A stretch of 64,000 bases of DNA from Longimicrobiales bacterium. Its GTDB lineage: Bacteria > Gemmatimonadota > Gemmatimonadetes > Longimicrobiales > Gaopeijiaceae. Made by a program: the position numbers and the translations under genes. The stretch covers positions 1,184,001-1,248,000 of the forward strand of contig CBDBCF010000001.1 in NCBI GenBank assembly GCA_965202985.1, read 5' to 3'. Below, one piece after another: positions 10,018-20,524 of the stretch; the stretch's first letter is position 1, and each line of letters opens with the position of its first letter. The notes beneath the pieces are model-generated. The model was not told where the DNA came from. It did not search any database and saw only the letters and a program-made list of their open reading frames with translations.

Positions 10018-10421
10018 CGTCGTCGCGTCGTGACGATGATGGCGCCGGCCAAGTGGTTGGTGCCGAAACGAGTGGTGGCGTCGCTGGCGCTGAGGTACCG
10101 AACTTCGCCCACGTCGCCGGGGAGCAGCGAACGGAGGTCGTATATCCCGCCGAAGGGCTGGCCGTCCAGGTACACTCTGGGCGTCTGGGGCATGGGGTCG
10201 CGGAGCGTGGCCGAATTCCGCGCTTGCAGCCATCGGGGACGCAGGGCGCGCACGGCTTCGTAGAGCGAGCTGTGGGGCACGGCCATGAGTTCCTCGTTCG
10301 CGATCGCGTTGCGGGATCGACCCGACGGCCCGCGTTCTCCGGTGGACGCGCACGAAGCCGCAAGACTCGCCGCGCCGAAACTTGCCACCGCCGTCGCGAG
10401 TAGAACGGTATGTCGCTTCAT
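10014..10421 (-). CDS. Small lipoprotein resembling a stand-alone TonB-receptor plug domain
   Basis: Lipobox LAASC; SLYEAVRALRPRWL, VYLDGQ, EVRYLSASDATTRFG...GAIIVTT. Confidence 0.75.
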   Translation of the reverse strand: MKRHTVLLATAVASFGAASLAASCASTGERGPSGRSRNAIANEELMAVPHSSLYEAVRALRPRWLQARNSATLRDPMPQTPRVYLDGQPFGGIYDLRSLLPGDVGEVRYLSASDATTRFGTNHLAGAIIVTTRRR

Positions 10422-10535
10422 TGCGTCTCCTTCGGCCAGTAGGAAGCCAGCTCGGCCCGACATTCAACGTAGACCCGCGAGCACGGGTTGGAAACCTGGC
10501 GCTCCGTCCGTCGTTCCGCGGGCAGGGAATCCGCT

Positions 10536-10820
10536 ATGGACTGGGAAGTCGTCGCCCCCATGATCGTGAGCATCGTGTTCATCTTGACCGTCGGGGGCGT
10601 GATCGTCCTCCGCCCCATCTCGAAGCGGCTGGGCACGCTTCTGGAGGTGATGGCCCAGCGCAAGGGCGCCTTGGCGGACGACGACGAGGCTTTCCGCCTT
10701 CGGGAGGTCGTCGAGTCCATGAGTCGGCGGCTGGCGCTGATGGAGGAGCGGCAGGACTTCACTGAGCGGCTGCTGGAACGAGGGAGCGGCGCACCCGCGG
10801 ACGAGCCGCCGCCCAGGTAG
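10536..10820 (+). CDS. Small membrane protein, one TM helix plus coiled coil
   Basis: Hydrophobic N-terminus; RLALMEERQDFTERLL. Confidence 0.7.
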   Translation: MDWEVVAPMIVSIVFILTVGGVIVLRPISKRLGTLLEVMAQRKGALADDDEAFRLREVVESMSRRLALMEERQDFTERLLERGSGAPADEPPPR

Positions 10821-10897
10821 CGGACGCGCCTTCGCCGGCCCGGCGAGCCTTTCGAGGGGCCGCCAGCCCTGCCGCGCCGGGGGAACGAGCTGAACCG

Positions 10898-11785
10898 TCA
10901 GTCGTTCGGCGGCGCCATGGGCTCGTCTCGGCTCACCACGCGAGCCGCGGAGCCCGCGATCAGCGGATCGGGACCGGTTACCACCTCGGAGTCCTTGCCG
11001 GGGTACGGCAACTCGCGCAGGAAGTACTGCATGCACGCCAGCCGAGCCCGCTTCTTGTCGTCGGACTTGATGACCGTCCAGGGGGCGTCGGCGGTGTCGG
11101 TGTAGAAGAACATGGCCTCCTTGGCTTCGGTGTAGTCGGGCCACTTGTCCAGCGAAGCCATGTCCACGGGCGAGATCTTCCACTGCTTGAGCGGGTCGGT
11201 CTTGCGCCGGTCGAAGCGGTGGATCTGCTCGTGCTGGGACACGGAGAACCAGAACTTGAAGAGGGCGATTCCGCTGTTGACCAGCATCCGCTCCAGTTCG
11301 GGACACTGGCGCAGGAACTCCAGGTACTCTTGACCGGTGCAGAACCCCATGACCCGCTCCACACCGGCGCGGTTGTACCACGAACGGTCGAAGAGCACGA
11401 TCTCGCCCGACGAAGGCAGGTGCTTCACGTAGCGCTGGAAGTACCACTGGCCGCGCTCGACCTCGCCGGGCTTGTCCAGGGCCACGACTCTCGCCCCCCG
11501 GGGGTTCAAGTGCTCCATGAACCGCTTGATCGTGCCGCCCTTGCCCGCCGCGTCGCGACCCTCGAAGAGCACGACGACCTTGGCGCCCGACTCCTTGATC
11601 CAGCGCTGGGCCTTCAGGAGTTCGACCTGCAGGCGCGCCTTCTCGTTCTCGTAGGTCTGCCGCTTCATCTTCGTGGCGTAGGGATAGACGCCCTCGCGGA
11701 ACACCCGTTCGATGGCGGCGCGGTCCCCATGCGCGACCAGCGGCGCGCCGTCCCGGTCGGCACCGGTGCCGTCTTCCCAGGTCAT
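10898..11785 (-). CDS. ppk2: Polyphosphate kinase 2
   Basis: FEGRDAAGKGG, FDRSWYNRAGVERVMGF, PLKQWK. Confidence 0.96.
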   Translation of the reverse strand: MTWEDGTGADRDGAPLVAHGDRAAIERVFREGVYPYATKMKRQTYENEKARLQVELLKAQRWIKESGAKVVVLFEGRDAAGKGGTIKRFMEHLNPRGARVVALDKPGEVERGQWYFQRYVKHLPSSGEIVLFDRSWYNRAGVERVMGFCTGQEYLEFLRQCPELERMLVNSGIALFKFWFSVSQHEQIHRFDRRKTDPLKQWKISPVDMASLDKWPDYTEAKEAMFFYTDTADAPWTVIKSDDKKRARLACMQYFLRELPYPGKDSEVVTGPDPLIAGSAARVVSRDEPMAPPND

Positions 11786-12375
11786 GGCCGCCCCTCCGCC
11801 GTTCGGGTCTCCAGTCGGCGAGGCAGGATCAGGTGCGTCAGTTCGCCGCCGCCCGACACCAAGTCCCAGCGGTCGCCGCCGAGCTCGACAACCGCCGCGG
11901 CCCCCGTGGGCATCTTCAGCCGGATAAGCTCGGTCTCTTCGGGGTCGCCCCTGCGGGCCAACCCGCACGCAAGAGAGTGAATGCCGGGGTTGTGGCCCAG
12001 GATCATCAGCGTGTCCACGTCGGACGGTGCGGTCGCCGCGAGCTCCAGGAGCGCCTCCGTCGTCGCCAAGTACAGCTCGCGAAGAAAGCGGACCTGGGGG
12101 GCGCCGGCCGCCGTTGCGTGATCCTGCCGGGCGCCGGCCGCGTCATCTTCCCGGAAACCCCGCTCGAACCGGGCCGCCATCAGTTCCCAGGTCTGGCGTG
12201 TTCGGGCCGCCGTGCTGCAGTACGTCAACTCCGGCACGCATCCGCGTTCCGCCAGTGCGCCGGCAACCCGAGGGGCGGCCCAGCGGCCCCGTAGGTTCAA
12301 CGGGCGGTCGTGATCGGGGACCGTGCTGTCCGCCCAACTGGACTTGGCGTGCCTGACGACGACGATGCGCTTCAT
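11782..12375 (-). CDS. sixA: SixA-like histidine phosphatase
   Basis: VRHAKSSW, DHDRPLNLRG, LGHNPG. Confidence 0.88.
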   Translation of the reverse strand: MKRIVVVRHAKSSWADSTVPDHDRPLNLRGRWAAPRVAGALAERGCVPELTYCSTAARTRQTWELMAARFERGFREDDAAGARQDHATAAGAPQVRFLRELYLATTEALLELAATAPSDVDTLMILGHNPGIHSLACGLARRGDPEETELIRLKMPTGAAAVVELGGDRWDLVSGGGELTHLILPRRLETRTAEGRP

Positions 12376-12542
12376 GGATACCGGCTCCGCAAGTTCGGCG
12401 TTTGCTCTCGCCTCCGATCATGGGCCCGTCGGCGTCCGGCGCGAAAGGGGCGCGTGCCTTTTCCCCTGGTGCCCGCCCGTCGGATTCGCCAACTTGGTGT
12501 CGCGCAGCGGGCGGACGAACACCAGGAAGAGGAGGAAGCAGG

Positions 12543-13307
12543 ATGGCGGGCACACCCAACGGTCGCTTCTGTTGGTACGAACTCATGACCACGGACCCGG
12601 ACGCGGCGGTGGAGTTCTACGGCCGGATCGCAGGCTGGACCACGGCGCCGTGGGGCGAGGGCGAAAAGCCGTACACGATGTGGATGAACGGCGAGACGCC
12701 GATCGGCGGCGTCATGGAGCTGCCAGAAGAAGGGGTGCCCCCGTGCTGGCTGGCCTACGTCTCGACGCCGGACGTGGACGCCGCCAACCAGCAGGTCAGG
12801 GCGCTGGGCGGCAACATCCTGAAGGAGCTGGCGATCCCCCAGGTCGGGCGCATCTCGGTGGTGCAGGACCCCCAGGGCGGCGTCCTCTCGATCATCGAGC
12901 CCGAGGGCGACGCGCCGGGTCACGACGACATGGCGGCGGTCGGCGAGTTCTCGTGGCACGAGCTGGCGACCAGCGACTGGGAGGCGGCGTGGCGCTTCTA
13001 CTCGCAGATGTTCGGCTGGCAGGAGGCGAGCCAGATGGACATGCCCGAAGGCATGGGCATCTACCACATGTTCAGCAGGGGCGCGCATCCGCTGGGCGGC
13101 ATGTTCAACCTGCACTCCGCCATGCCGATCGGCTGGGCGTTCTACGTCCGCGTCCCCGACACGCACGCCGCCGTCGAGACGATCAAGGAGCTGGGCGGAG
13201 AGATCCTGAACGGCCCCATGGAGGTTCCGGGCGGCGACTTCGTCGCGCAGTGCAAGGACCCGCAGGGGGTCGTCTTCGCGGTTCACTCGACGGCGGCCCA
13301 GGACTGA
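12543..13307 (+). CDS. VOC/glyoxalase family protein (two domains)
   Basis: FCWYELMTTD and FSWHELATSD; DPQG motif twice. Confidence 0.9.
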   Translation: MAGTPNGRFCWYELMTTDPDAAVEFYGRIAGWTTAPWGEGEKPYTMWMNGETPIGGVMELPEEGVPPCWLAYVSTPDVDAANQQVRALGGNILKELAIPQVGRISVVQDPQGGVLSIIEPEGDAPGHDDMAAVGEFSWHELATSDWEAAWRFYSQMFGWQEASQMDMPEGMGIYHMFSRGAHPLGGMFNLHSAMPIGWAFYVRVPDTHAAVETIKELGGEILNGPMEVPGGDFVAQCKDPQGVVFAVHSTAAQD

Positions 13308-13370
13308 CCCGACGGCGGGGGGCCGGGGCCGCGACCTCGCACTGGCCGGACCGGACCGGCCGATCCGCCT

Positions 13371-14438
13371 TCACGCCACCTGGATCGAGTCGTCCAAGAA
13401 GACGTCCTGTATCAGGTTCAGTAGGCGGACGCCCTCGGCCATGGGGCGCTGAAACGCCTTTCGGCCCGAGATCAGCCCCATGCCGCCGGCCCGCTTGTTG
13501 ATCACGGCCGTGCGTGCGGCCTGGACGAAGTCGTCGGCGCCGCTGGACCCGCCCGAGTTGATCAGCCCCGCCCGCCCCATGTAGCAGTTGGCGACCTGGT
13601 ACCGCGTCATTTCGACGGGGTGCGCGCCCGGCACGAGTTCGTCGTAGACCTTGGGGTGCGTGCGTCCGAAGCCGACCGCTGCGTACCCGCCGTCCACCTG
13701 AGGCTGCTTCTGCTTGACGATGTCCGCCTGGATCGTGGCACCCAGGTGGTTCGCCTGGCCCGTCAGGTCCGCCGCCGCGTGGTAGTCCGTCCCGTCCTTC
13801 TTGAAGGCGGGCTGGCGCAGATAGCACCACAGCACCGTCACCATCCCCAGCTCGTGCGCCATCTGAAAGGCCTCGGACACCTCCTGAAGCTGTCGCGCCC
13901 CCTCTTCCGAGCCGAAGTAGATCGTGGCGCCCACGGCGACGGCGCCGAGCTCCCAGGCCTGCTGCACGCCGGCGAACATGACCTGGTCGTACCGGTTGGG
14001 GTACGTGAGCAGCTCGTTGTGGTTCAGCTTGACCAGGAACGGGATCCGGTGCGCGTACTTGCGCGAGCAGGCGCCCAGCACGCCCACCGTGGAAGCGACG
14101 GCGTTGCATCCGCCCTCGATCGCCAGCTCCACGATCCTGCCGGGGTCGAAGTACGCCGGGTTCGGCGCGAACGACGCCCCGGCCGAGTGCTCGATCCCCT
14201 GGTCCACCGGCAGGATCGACACGTACCCGGTGCCGGCCAGCCTGCCGTGGCCCAGGATCTGCTGCATGCTCCGCAGCACCTGGGGTCCCCGGTCGCTCGA
14301 CGCCATGACCCGATCCACGAACCCGGGGCCGGGAAGGTGCAGCGTCTCCTTGGGAAATCCCTTGGCGCGATAGGTCAGCAGGTCTTCGGCTTCGCTGCCC
14401 AACAGGTCGCGAATTCGGCTGGCGGCGGGTGCGGTCAT
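13371..14438 (-). CDS. fbaB: Class I fructose-bisphosphate aldolase
   Basis: [41 protein letters not shown]. Confidence 0.96.
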   Translation of the reverse strand: MTAPAASRIRDLLGSEAEDLLTYRAKGFPKETLHLPGPGFVDRVMASSDRGPQVLRSMQQILGHGRLAGTGYVSILPVDQGIEHSAGASFAPNPAYFDPGRIVELAIEGGCNAVASTVGVLGACSRKYAHRIPFLVKLNHNELLTYPNRYDQVMFAGVQQAWELGAVAVGATIYFGSEEGARQLQEVSEAFQMAHELGMVTVLWCYLRQPAFKKDGTDYHAAADLTGQANHLGATIQADIVKQKQPQVDGGYAAVGFGRTHPKVYDELVPGAHPVEMTRYQVANCYMGRAGLINSGGSSGADDFVQAARTAVINKRAGGMGLISGRKAFQRPMAEGVRLLNLIQDVFLDDSIQVA

Positions 14439-14557
14439 CGGCGGGCTCCAGGTATTGGTGGCGGCAGGGGAAGTCTGGTCAATGCTCGGGGACTTGCTGT
14501 ATTCTGCTCTACTCTACTCTAACGTGTCGAACGTTCGGCGAGCGGGAGAAAGCGCAA

Positions 14558-14818
14558 GTGACGACGAATCAAGAGACATGGGGGCGCGCGAAGGCCCTGG
14601 GCTTGGCAGTTGCATGCATGGGCGCGGGGTGCTCTTACGGCGCGATCAGGGTATTCGCCATGGGTGCGGATTGGAGCACGCTGGTGGGCAGCTTCCTTGC
14701 CGCCGGCGTCGTTGGAGCGGTGGCGGTCTGCTCGGTGCGCCCGAAGGCCGAGAAGCCCGTGCACATGGCGTGGGGCTGCGCCTTCTTCGTGGCGGCGCTC
14801 GTCTGGGTGGTCATCTGA
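14558..14818 (+). CDS. Small hypothetical membrane protein (about 3 TM helices)
   Basis: GTG start after GGAG; hydrophobic ORF filling the fbaB-ppk1 gap. Confidence 0.5.
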   Translation: MTTNQETWGRAKALGLAVACMGAGCSYGAIRVFAMGADWSTLVGSFLAAGVVGAVAVCSVRPKAEKPVHMAWGCAFFVAALVWVVI

Positions 14819-14873
14819 CTGACATCAATGGTCGTTTGGCGCATTCGACGCCGGCACGCTCCCACGACCCCCG

Positions 14874-17258
14874 TCAGTTCTCTTCGCGGGCGCCCTTCAG
14901 ACCCGCCGGTCGGCGCCGACGCAGCCGCTTCCCTTCCAGCTCGCGGGCGTGGGCCCAGTCGACGAGCGCGTGGAAGGTGCACGAGTCGCCGTCCTCTCCG
15001 GGAACGCGCTGGGAGTAGCTTCCGTCGGCCGCCATCTCCCAGACGCTCCGTCGGTCCCGAAGCTGCACGTCCAGGACGTGGCGAAGCTCGGCGCGCAGGG
15101 CCGGGTCCTCCACCGGCGCCAGCGTTTCGACCCGGGCGCTGAGGTTCCTTCTCATGCAGTCGGCGGAACCGATGTAGTACTCCTCGTCGCCGCCGTTCCG
15201 GAAGTAGTAGATCCGCGAGTGCTGAAGGAAGCGGCCCACGACGCTGACGACCCGGATGTTCTCGGACAGGCCGGGGATCCCGGGGCGGATGCGGCAGCTG
15301 TCGCGCACGATCAGGTCCACGCGCACGCCCGCCTGCGACGCCGAGTACAGCGCCTTCGTCACCTCCGGGTCCTCCAGGGCGTTCATCTGGAACTGAAGCC
15401 GGCCGGGCGAGGCCGCCGAATGGACGGCGATCTCGCGCTCGATGCGCTCCAGCAGCGCCCGGCGCAGCCGCTTCGGCGCGGGCAGCACCTTCCGGTACGT
15501 GCGCTGAGGACGATAGCCCGTGGTCAGGTAGTTGAAGAGCTCGGTCAGGTCCGCGCCCACCGACTCGTCGCACGTCAGCAGGCCGTGGTCGCAGTACATC
15601 CGCGCGGTGCCGGCGTGATAGTTGCCGGTGCCCACATGGGCGTAGCGCCGCAGGCCGTCGTGGTCCTGCCGCACCACCAGAATGAGCTTGCAGTGGGTCT
15701 TCAGCCCCAGCACGCCGTAGGTGACGTGAATGCCGTGCGCGGCCAGCGCGTTGGCCCACTGGATGTTCGCAGCCTCGTCGAAGCGCGCCTGGAGCTCGAT
15801 CACCACCGCCACCTGCTTGCCGTTGCGCGCGGCCTCGACCAGGTAGTCGGTGATGCCGCTCCGGGGCGCCATCCGATAGAAAGTCATCTTGACGGCGCGA
15901 ACCTTGGGGTCTCGGGCCGCCTCGCGGATAAAGCGCGCGACCGACGTGTCGAACGCCTGATAGGGATGGTGGAGCAACAGCGCCCCGGACTCCCGGATGA
16001 TGTGGAATATCGGGCGGTCGTCCAGCAGGCCGGGGTGCTCCGCCGGGTGGTGCGGCGGATGCAGCAGGCCGGGCCGCGCCAAGTCGCAGAGCTCGGCCAG
16101 GTCGCGCAACCCCAGTTGCCCGCCGCCCTCGAATACGTCGATCTGCTCCAGTCCCAGCTCCTTGGCGAGCACGTCGCGGCGGCCCGTGTCGATGCCCTCC
16201 TTGACTTGGAGACGGACGATCGGTGCCAGGCGGCGCTTCCGCAGGCCGGCCTCGATCAGTTCGAGCAGGTCGTCCGCCGTGTCCTCGTCCACATCGTAGA
16301 TCGCGTTTCGCGTGACCCGAAACATGTCGCACGACAACACGTCCATGCCGGGGAAGAGCAGGTCCAAGTTGTGGGCCATGACGCTTTCCAGGGGGACCCA
16401 GACGTCCGTGTCCGCGATCCGCACGAAGCGCGGGATCCCCGTGCCCACGGGGACCTTGACGCGGGCGACCGAGGTGGCGTCTTCGCCGGGGTGCCGCAGC
16501 GTCACCAGCAAGTTGAGGGACAGGTTGGAGATGAAGGGGAACGGATGGGCGGGGTCGGTGGCCTGGGGCGTGACCAGCGGGTAGATGTTGCGCACGTAGT
16601 GGTTGCGGATCCACCTGCGCTGTCCCCGCTCGAGGTCGTCGATCTCGGCCACGCGGATGCCCTCTCGCGCCAACTCGGACAGGATCCGACGCGCAGCCCG
16701 GCGCTGACGCTCTTCCAGGTTGCGAACGACGCGGCAACACTCGTGGATCTGCTCCGCCGGCGTGCGGCCGTCGATCGTGCGCTCGGTGATCCCGGCCCCC
16801 ACCTGCTGCTTGAGCCCCCCGATCCTCTTCATGAAGAACTCGTCCAGGTTCGACCCGACGATCGACAGGAACTTCACGCGCTCCAGCAGGGGCGTCCTGG
16901 GGTCCTCGGCCTCGTGGAGGACGCGGAAGTTGAAGTTGAGCCAAGTGAGCTCCCGGTTCAGGTAGTACTCGGGGCGCTCCAGGTCGTGCGCGTCGGCCGG
17001 CACGGGAACCGGCGTGGGGTCGGCCGGCGTGACGAAGCCGAGCTCGGGCGACAAGGGGGCGGGCGCGTCGTCGGGCGTCGCCGGAACGACGCTGGGCACC
17101 GGCGTTCGGGCACGCGAAGGGGGCGCAGGCGGCTGTCGGAGGGCCCTCGGAGCAGGGGCGGGGGCCGTCGCGCCGCCTTGGGGCGGAGCCTTCGGCGACG
17201 GACGCGCCGGCGGGGTCGGCGTACGGGTTCCGGGCATGGTCGTAAACATATGTAGCAA
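14874..17258 (-). CDS. ppk1: Polyphosphate kinase 1 (start may be 17237)
   Basis: YLNRELTWL, SNLDEFFMKR, HPFPFISNLSLN, LLHHPY, ARFDE, KTHCK, GTGNY. Confidence 0.96.
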   Translation of the reverse strand: MLHMFTTMPGTRTPTPPARPSPKAPPQGGATAPAPAPRALRQPPAPPSRARTPVPSVVPATPDDAPAPLSPELGFVTPADPTPVPVPADAHDLERPEYYLNRELTWLNFNFRVLHEAEDPRTPLLERVKFLSIVGSNLDEFFMKRIGGLKQQVGAGITERTIDGRTPAEQIHECCRVVRNLEERQRRAARRILSELAREGIRVAEIDDLERGQRRWIRNHYVRNIYPLVTPQATDPAHPFPFISNLSLNLLVTLRHPGEDATSVARVKVPVGTGIPRFVRIADTDVWVPLESVMAHNLDLLFPGMDVLSCDMFRVTRNAIYDVDEDTADDLLELIEAGLRKRRLAPIVRLQVKEGIDTGRRDVLAKELGLEQIDVFEGGGQLGLRDLAELCDLARPGLLHPPHHPAEHPGLLDDRPIFHIIRESGALLLHHPYQAFDTSVARFIREAARDPKVRAVKMTFYRMAPRSGITDYLVEAARNGKQVAVVIELQARFDEAANIQWANALAAHGIHVTYGVLGLKTHCKLILVVRQDHDGLRRYAHVGTGNYHAGTARMYCDHGLLTCDESVGADLTELFNYLTTGYRPQRTYRKVLPAPKRLRRALLERIEREIAVHSAASPGRLQFQMNALEDPEVTKALYSASQAGVRVDLIVRDSCRIRPGIPGLSENIRVVSVVGRFLQHSRIYYFRNGGDEEYYIGSADCMRRNLSARVETLAPVEDPALRAELRHVLDVQLRDRRSVWEMAADGSYSQRVPGEDGDSCTFHALVDWAHARELEGKRLRRRRPAGLKGAREEN

Positions 17259-17363
17259 CGGCCGCGACGCAACTTGACGAAGTCGCCTGCCCCACGCGCC
17301 CGGCGGGGCTCGCGCGCTCCGGCGTCCGTCGCTGGTTGGGTTGTCGTCTTATCTTGGGAAGAC

Positions 17364-18800
17364 ATGGGCCACCTCGTTCGCCGCCGTCTCGCTGCGGTCT
17401 CTCCGTCGGTGTTTCTTCGCGCGGCCCGCGGCCGCCCTCGCGGCTTCTGGGCCAGCGGGGAGCGCTGGGTGGCCCACGCCGGAGTGCACGAAGACGTTGC
17501 GCCCGACTCCGCCGCCGGGACAGGCACGACGGCGCCTCCCATTGAGCGCTTTCAGGAGGTGCAGGAACGCGCCCGTCGAACCTTCGCACGTTCGTGGGAA
17601 GGTTCGGGTTCGGATGCGCCGCCCAGGGTCTTCGGCGGCTTCTCCTTTGCGGGCCGGGGGTCGGCCGAGCGGGCGTGGGCGCCGTTCGGGTCGGCTCGCT
17701 TCCACCTACCGCAGGCCGAGATCGAGTTTGGCCCCGATCCCGCCTCGTCGTGGCTGACCGTCCGGGCCGACGGACGCCGACGGGCCGAGGCGTTGTGCGA
17801 GAGGTGGCTGCGGGTGCTGACCGCCGACGGCGCACCGGCGCTGCGGGGGCCGCCGGTTGGACGAGGGTCGCCGGTTGAGCCGGACGGATTCCGCCGCCCC
17901 GGTCGCATCTCCGGCATCGACCGCCGGGCATGGGAACGGATGGTGAAGCGGGTCCTGCGCCGGATCAAGGCCGGCGAAGCGGACAAGGTCGTCTTGGCGC
18001 GGACCCTGGACGTCGAGCCCGACGGGCCGGTCGAGCCCGACGAACTGGTGGCGGCGTTGTGGCGCGAGAACCGGGGCAGCCACGTGTTCCTGTTCGAGCC
18101 CGCGGCCGGCCACGCCCTGGTCGGCGCCGCGCCCGAAACGGTGGCCGTGTTCGCCAACGGCGTCTTTCGCGCCACGGCCGTGGCCGGCAGCGCGGGCGTG
18201 GGAACGAACTCGGTGGAGACGGCCTACTTGGCGGACCGGCTCTTCAACAGCGCCAAGGACCGGGCCGAGCACGACTTCGTGGTCCGCGACATGGTGGCGC
18301 GCTTGGAGGCTCTGGACTGCGAAGTGAGCCGGGACGTGGAGCCGCACGTGCTGGCCCTGGCGCGGATCCAACACTTGGAGACCAAGATCGCGGCCAAGCT
18401 CCCGCCCGGGCTGGCGTTGCTGGACGTGCTCGCGTCCCTTCACCCCACGCCGGCGGTGTGCGGGAGCCCCCGCGAGGTCGCGTTGTCGGTGCTGTCGGGA
18501 AGCGAAGTCTTCGACCGCGGCTGGTACGCCGGACCCGTGGGGTGGCTGGACTCGGCCGGGAAGGGGATCTTCGTCCCGGCGCTCAGGTCGGCCGTGTGCT
18601 TCGACGGGCGCTGGCGACTCTTCGCCGGGGCGGGGATCGTGGCCGGCTCGGACCCGGTGCTGGAGTGGGAAGAAACCGAGATCAAGTTCCAGCCCGTGCT
18701 TCGCGCCATGGTGAGGGCCGAGGCGAGCGAGCGAGCCGAACGCGACTGGGGGCGGCGACCGAGCGGCGACGAGCTCTCGACAGCGACCAGCTCCGGATAG
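17364..18800 (+). CDS. Isochorismate synthase (MenF-like); start uncertain
   Basis: DKVVLAR, GAAPE, KDRAEH, IQHL, LHPTPAVCG, FDRGWYAGPVGW, FAGAGIVAGS. Confidence 0.9.
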   Translation: MGHLVRRRLAAVSPSVFLRAARGRPRGFWASGERWVAHAGVHEDVAPDSAAGTGTTAPPIERFQEVQERARRTFARSWEGSGSDAPPRVFGGFSFAGRGSAERAWAPFGSARFHLPQAEIEFGPDPASSWLTVRADGRRRAEALCERWLRVLTADGAPALRGPPVGRGSPVEPDGFRRPGRISGIDRRAWERMVKRVLRRIKAGEADKVVLARTLDVEPDGPVEPDELVAALWRENRGSHVFLFEPAAGHALVGAAPETVAVFANGVFRATAVAGSAGVGTNSVETAYLADRLFNSAKDRAEHDFVVRDMVARLEALDCEVSRDVEPHVLALARIQHLETKIAAKLPPGLALLDVLASLHPTPAVCGSPREVALSVLSGSEVFDRGWYAGPVGWLDSAGKGIFVPALRSAVCFDGRWRLFAGAGIVAGSDPVLEWEETEIKFQPVLRAMVRAEASERAERDWGRRPSGDELSTATSSG

Positions 18801-18882
18801 CCCTACGGTCGATCCGGGGGCTACATTGGCCGGCGCCTCCCGCCCGATCTCAACTTTCTTAGCAAGCATAAGGAGCGTCCTC

Positions 18883-20505
18883 GTGCCGCACGCCAGAACC
18901 GACTTGTCATCCGCTCGCATCCGCCCAAGTCGCTTGGCTCGGCGCGACGCACGCCCCTGGACCGCAACGCTTGCCGGCATCGCCGGGGCGCTTGCCTGCG
19001 CAGCGGCCGTTCTGGCCGTCGGGATCGCCCCGGCGTCGTCGGCTGCCCAGGCCCAGGCGCTGTCGGGCTTGGACGACGAGATCGCGGACATGCTCGAGGA
19101 GTGGGAGGTCCCCGGCTTGGCGCTGGCCGTGGTCCGCGACGACGCGGTGGTCTACGCGCGGGGCTTCGGCGTGCGAGAGGCGGGCGGCGCCGGCCCCGTG
19201 GACGAGCACACGCTGTTCGCCGTCGGCTCCACGTCCAAGGCGTTCACCGCAACCGCCGTGGCGATGCTGGTGGACGAAGGCAAGGCCTCTTGGGACGACC
19301 TCGTGGTGGACCACCTGCCCTCCTTCCGCCTCAGCGATCCCTACATCACGCGGGACCTGCGCCTCCGCGATCTCATGAGCCACAACTCGGGGCTCCTGCG
19401 GGGCGACCGGATCTGGTACGCCAGCGGCCGCAGCCGCGAAGAGGTGCTGCACCAAGTCCGCTACCAGCCGACGACGTTCCCGCTCCGCTCCACCTTCCAG
19501 TACAACAACACGACCTGGATCGCCGCGGGCGAAGTGATCGAGGCGCTGACGGGCGCGACCTGGGACGACTTCGTGACCGAGCGCATCCTCCGGCCCCTGG
19601 GCATGACCCGCAGCAACACGCGCGTCGGCCCGCTGGCCCAGATCGACAACGTGGCCACCCCTCACGTCGAGACCCCCGAAGGCGAACTCCGGACCGTCCC
19701 CTACCGGAACATCGACAACGCCGGGCCGGCGGGATCGATCAACTCCAGCGTCGCGGAGATGGCCCAGTGGGTCCGAATGCAGCTTGCGGGCGGCGCCTAC
19801 GAAGGCGAGCAGCTGGTGTCGGAGGAAGCGTTGCGCGAGACGCACACCGCCCAGATGGTGATCCGCAAGGAAGGCGCGTGGGCCTTGATCTGGCCCGAGT
19901 CCAACTTCATGAACTACGGCCTGGGCTGGTTCCTGACCGACTATCGGGGCCTGAAGGTGGTGTCTCACGGCGGCAACATCGACGGCATGACCGCCTACGT
20001 GGTCCTGGTGCCCGAGCGGAACTACGGCTTGGTCGCGCTAGTCAACATGAACGGCGCCAACGCCCTCGTCAGCGCCGTGGCCCACCGGCTGATCGATCGG
20101 ATGGAGGGCGGCGAAAAGGTCCCCTGGAGCGAACGGATGCTGGCGCGGTGGGACGAACTTCAGGAGGAGGCGCGGGAGGCCGCTCGCAAGGTGGAAGAGG
20201 GGCGGATCGCCGATGCGCCGCCCACGCTGGAGGCCGGCGCGTACGCCGGCGTCTACGCCAACGACATGTACGGCGAGATCGTGGTCGCCGAGAGCGAGGG
20301 CGGGGGAGGCCTGTCGGCCCGCTTCGGGGCCGGGTTCGAGGGTCCGTTGGAGCACTGGCACTACGACGTGTATCGGGCGGTCTGGGAAGGAAGCACCGGC
20401 CCCGGCGAATTCTTCCGGTTCGAGATCGGCAACGACGGCAAGGTGGCGGCGCTCCACGCGGAGATCGAAGGGAGCGTCGAGTTCGTTCGGAAGCCCCCGG
20501 CCTGA
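18883..20505 (+). CDS. Secreted serine hydrolase (beta-lactamase class C fold) with DUF3471-like C-terminus
   Basis: GSTSKAF (SxxK), FQYNN, HGGNIDG, LEHWHYD. Confidence 0.9.
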   Translation: MPHARTDLSSARIRPSRLARRDARPWTATLAGIAGALACAAAVLAVGIAPASSAAQAQALSGLDDEIADMLEEWEVPGLALAVVRDDAVVYARGFGVREAGGAGPVDEHTLFAVGSTSKAFTATAVAMLVDEGKASWDDLVVDHLPSFRLSDPYITRDLRLRDLMSHNSGLLRGDRIWYASGRSREEVLHQVRYQPTTFPLRSTFQYNNTTWIAAGEVIEALTGATWDDFVTERILRPLGMTRSNTRVGPLAQIDNVATPHVETPEGELRTVPYRNIDNAGPAGSINSSVAEMAQWVRMQLAGGAYEGEQLVSEEALRETHTAQMVIRKEGAWALIWPESNFMNYGLGWFLTDYRGLKVVSHGGNIDGMTAYVVLVPERNYGLVALVNMNGANALVSAVAHRLIDRMEGGEKVPWSERMLARWDELQEEAREAARKVEEGRIADAPPTLEAGAYAGVYANDMYGEIVVAESEGGGGLSARFGAGFEGPLEHWHYDVYRAVWEGSTGPGEFFRFEIGNDGKVAALHAEIEGSVEFVRKPPA

Positions 20506-20524
20506 TCCCGAGCGTCCGCCCGAC

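Noticed and set aside
17364..18800. Isochorismate synthase as part of a siderophore cluster
   Set aside because: No NRPS or ent/dhb genes nearby; more likely a dispersed menaquinone-pathway gene
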